Both the position numbers and the translations under genes were made by a program. Source: Octopus sinensis (lineage: Eukaryota). Taken from it: DNA of 23,762 nt. The notes under the pieces are model-generated. The model was not told where the DNA came from. It ran no database searches and saw only the letters and a list, made by a program, of their open reading frames with translations. Below, one piece after another: positions 20,669 to 23,762 of this stretch (positions within the stretch are counted from its first letter, which is position 1; every line of letters starts with the position of its first letter). The stretch spans positions 1-23,762 of the forward strand of contig NW_021836526.1 of NCBI RefSeq assembly GCF_006345805.1, given 5' to 3'.

Positions 20669-21633
20669 CATATTACTCTACCACTGGTATTTGAGTACTC
20701 TTTTTTCCACATTGTTTCACATTTATGTGTTTACTCCGGTATATATATATATAAGTTCAGCAAAATTTAGATTCAAATGAATATGGTACTTAAGCTAGAT
20801 GCACCAGAATTTTGTATGGTGTTATCCATATAAATCCATGGGGGTGATTATAATTAAAATAAGCAGCAAGAATATCTTCGGTAATTTAGAAGATAATCTT
20901 GTTACTTATTTTGATTTTATATATATATATATATTTGGATATTATATGTAATTGATGAATGCCCTATACGTCATGAAATATATAAAAATCTGAATAAGAA
21001 CGAGGTTCGTAATATTTTTCCGTTAACGTCCGTCATCACGTTTTCATTCGCAAATTGTTTAATGTGAGACGCCATTAATCCATTAATTCGTAGCATTGTC
21101 ATCCATTTGTTTGGTCGAAGACGTGGAAGGTCGCGCTGATTTTGGAGAACTTTGTTCAAGCATTTGGCATTTTGATAAACATGTTTCATCCCACTGTCTG
21201 GTCGTAACTGTGCACCTATCCGTTGCTGCCGACCACCACAGATAGTATTCAGATTCCATCTTGGAATAGGATTTATGAATTTTACTGAACACGTTACTCA
21301 TTATTAAAAATTTGTGTAGATGGCTGTTATAACGGAAATAAGGGGTCCAATGACTTCCCCGTCTTAGAAATTTGGTTCACTTTGATCTCGTTTAGGAGTT
21401 TGCAACAAAATTAAAATCTTGATTTTTTTAGCAGCTTTATACTAGAAATTCTTTGTTTGTAGAATTGTCGGTAGACGAGTCGGTGATAGAAATGTTGGAC
21501 GAGTCCATTGCTTATGTATAGGAGAAATAAGAGCAAAGGACACAGAAAAAAAAACGAGGTCGCGGTGACTTCGAGTATTTCTTTAGACGAGTGAGGTACA
21601 GATGTTCAGAAAATCCCACACGAATTTTATTAT

Positions 21634-22171
21634 ATATTTATTTATTGCCCCCAGGAGGCTAAACACAGAGGGGACAAACAAGGACAGACAAACGGATTAA
21701 GTCGATTATATCGACCCCAGTGCGTTACTAGTACTTAATTTATCGACCCCGAAAGGATGAAAGGTAAAGTCGACCTCGGCGGAATTTGAACTCAGAGCGT
21801 AGCAGCAGACGAAATACCTATTTCTTTACTACCCACAAGGGGCTAAACACAGAGGGGACAAGCAAGGACAGACAAACGGATTAAGTCGATTATATCGACC
21901 CCAGTGCGTTACTAGTACTTAATTTATCGACCCCGAAAGGATGAAAGGTAAAGTCGACCTCGGCGGAATTTGAACTCAGAGCGTAGCAGCAGACGAAATA
22001 CCTATTTCTTTACTACCACAGGGGCTAAACACAGAGGGGACAAACAAGGACAGACAACGGATTAGATTAAGTCGATATTCGACCCCAGTGCGTTACTAGT
22101 ACTTAATTTATCGACCCCGAAAGGATGAAAGGTAAAGTCGACCTCGGCGGAATTTGAACTCAGAACATAAC
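21634..22171 (-). mobile_element. Same SINE, 3 tandem bodies, 5'-truncated (no head)
   Basis: GAAATACC|TATTTC junctions at 21818/21819 and 22002/22003. Possible 9-bp TSD TTTTATTAT at 21625-21633 and 22172-22180. Confidence 0.8.
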
Positions 22172-22185
22172 TTTTATTATTGCGA

Positions 22186-22450
22186 AGGCGACGATCTGGC
22201 AGTATCATTAACGCGTCGAATAACATGCTTAACGGCTTTTACTTCGGTGCTTGACGTTCTGAGTTCAAATCCCACCGATGTTCACTGTGGCTTTCGCGAC
22301 CTTCCACGTCTTCGACCAAACAAAGGGATAACAACGCTACGAATTAATGGATTAATAAAACAAATTAACAGTTGAACACTGGGGTCACAATGCAATCGAC
22401 TGCCGTCTCCCACCAAAATATCAGGCCTTGTGCCTATAACGATTATTATT
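22186..22450 (+). mobile_element. Diverged Meta-like SINE with alternative tail; core replaced by a captured 62-bp segment
   Basis: Head GGCGACGATCTGGCAG...GAGTTCAAATCCC, then CACTGGGGTC...AATCGACT and tail AGGCCTTGTGCCT...GATTATTATT. Confidence 0.6.
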
Positions 22451-22454
22451 AGTA

Positions 22455-23307
22455 AGGAGGCAGCGAGGATGGCGAATTAGTAGAAGTGTTCGATCGGTAT
22501 TTCATCCGGCTCTTGACGATCTGACGATCTGAGTTCAAATTCCGCCGAGGTCGACTTTGCCTTTCATCCTTTCGAGGTCGATTAAATAAGTACCAGTTAC
22601 GCACCGGGGTCTCTATAATCGACTTAATCCGTTATGTCCTGTCTTTTTGTCTCATTCTGTGTTTAGCCCCTTGTGGGTAGTAAAAAAGTAGGGTATTTAG
22701 TCTGTCTTTACGTTCTGAGTTCAAATTCCGCCGAGGTCGACTTTGCCTTTCATCCTTTCGGTGTCGATAAAAAAGACCAGTACGCACTGGGGTCGATGTA
22801 ATCGACTTAATACCTATGGTCCTTGTTTGTCCCCTCTCTGTTTAGCCCCTTGTGTGTAGTAAAGAAATAGGTATTTCATCCGGCTCTTGACTTTCTGAGT
22901 TCAAATTCCGCCGAGGTCGACTTTCCCTTTCACCCGTTCGGGGTCAATTAAATAAATACCTATTTCTTTATTACCCACAAGGAGCTAAACACAGAGGGGA
23001 CAAACAAGGACAGACATAGGTATTAAGTTGATTACATCGACCCCAGTGCGCAACTGGTACTTAATTTATCGACCCCGGAAGGATGAAAGGCAAAGTCGAC
23101 CTTGGCGGAATTTGAACTCAGAACGTAACGGGAGACCAAATACGGCTACGCATTTCGCCCGGCGTGCTAACGTTTCTGCCAGCTCACCGCCTTAATTAAA
23201 TAAATACCAGTTACGCACTGGGGTCGATATAATCGACTTAATTAATCCCTTTGTCTGTCCTTGTTTGTCTTTTCTATGTTTGGTCCCCTGTAGGCAATAA
23301 AGAAATA
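22455..23307 (+). mobile_element. Older, more diverged array of the same SINE (3 bodies), the last body interrupted by a nested copy
   Basis: Junctions at ~22691 and 22870 (AAAGAAATAG|GTATTTC). The third body resumes at ~23209 and ends in AATAAAGAAATA at ~23307. Confidence 0.75.
22961..23191 (-). mobile_element. Full-length monomeric copy of the same SINE nested antisense in the previous array
   Basis: 15-bp TSD AATTAAATAAATACC at 22946-22960 and 23194-23208. Head, body and tail are complete. Confidence 0.85.
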
Positions 23308-23762
23308 AATATTCTTTCCAAGACGCTTTGTTAGAGTCCATGTTGTACATCCATGTAACCAAACCGACTGCGTTACGGCCATTTGGAACGTAACTTGAAT
23401 AGCTTGAGAGAAACAGCTACTTAATCACACTCAGACCACACACTGCCGTCTTAATAAGAGGAAAGAAGATATTAGGTCACGTGGACGCAAATACACGCTT
23501 GCAAATCCCGTTGATCGCAGTCCTGCACGGTCAGGACTCGCCAAGAGGATAAACAGCTTTAGTGATAACAGCTTTTACTATACTTATACGTTTATACGAG
23601 ATATACTGCTATTATCTCGATACGAACCCGCGCTCATTTGGATCACAAGGCTCAAAGAATAAAAGGACGAACGAATCATACATACACATATATACACATT
23701 CCGACAGTGTGTAATTTGAAAGCCACACACGCGGATAGATATATAACAAATATATACACACG

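Noticed and set aside
20950-21360. Possible decayed Penelope GIY-YIG region or host exon
   Set aside because: No clear GIY/YIG motif or splice context in any frame.

Overview
AT-rich, microsatellite-laden animal genomic DNA made almost entirely of transposon relics. The SINE content resembles what I recall from octopus/cephalopod genomes, but that is an inference and no search was run. I see no host exon. The best candidate system is a 1.6-kb minus-strand retroelement (18147-19745) bounded by a perfect 16-bp target-site duplication. It encodes only a Gag/ORF1-like CCHC zinc-knuckle protein and has no reverse transcriptase. Its last 25 nt are identical to the 3' tail of a tRNA-derived SINE that occurs in four independent loci as head-(body)n tandem arrays, all joined at the same GAAATA|GGTATTTC point in the anticodon-like loop. 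Also present: minimal hammerhead-like motifs with a CCGACGA core in Penelope-like repeats, a CpG-rich 75-bp satellite built of ~15-bp subunits, a SINE family with three different tails, a non-autonomous Helitron, and Tc1/mariner, CR1-like, RTE and MULE fragments.
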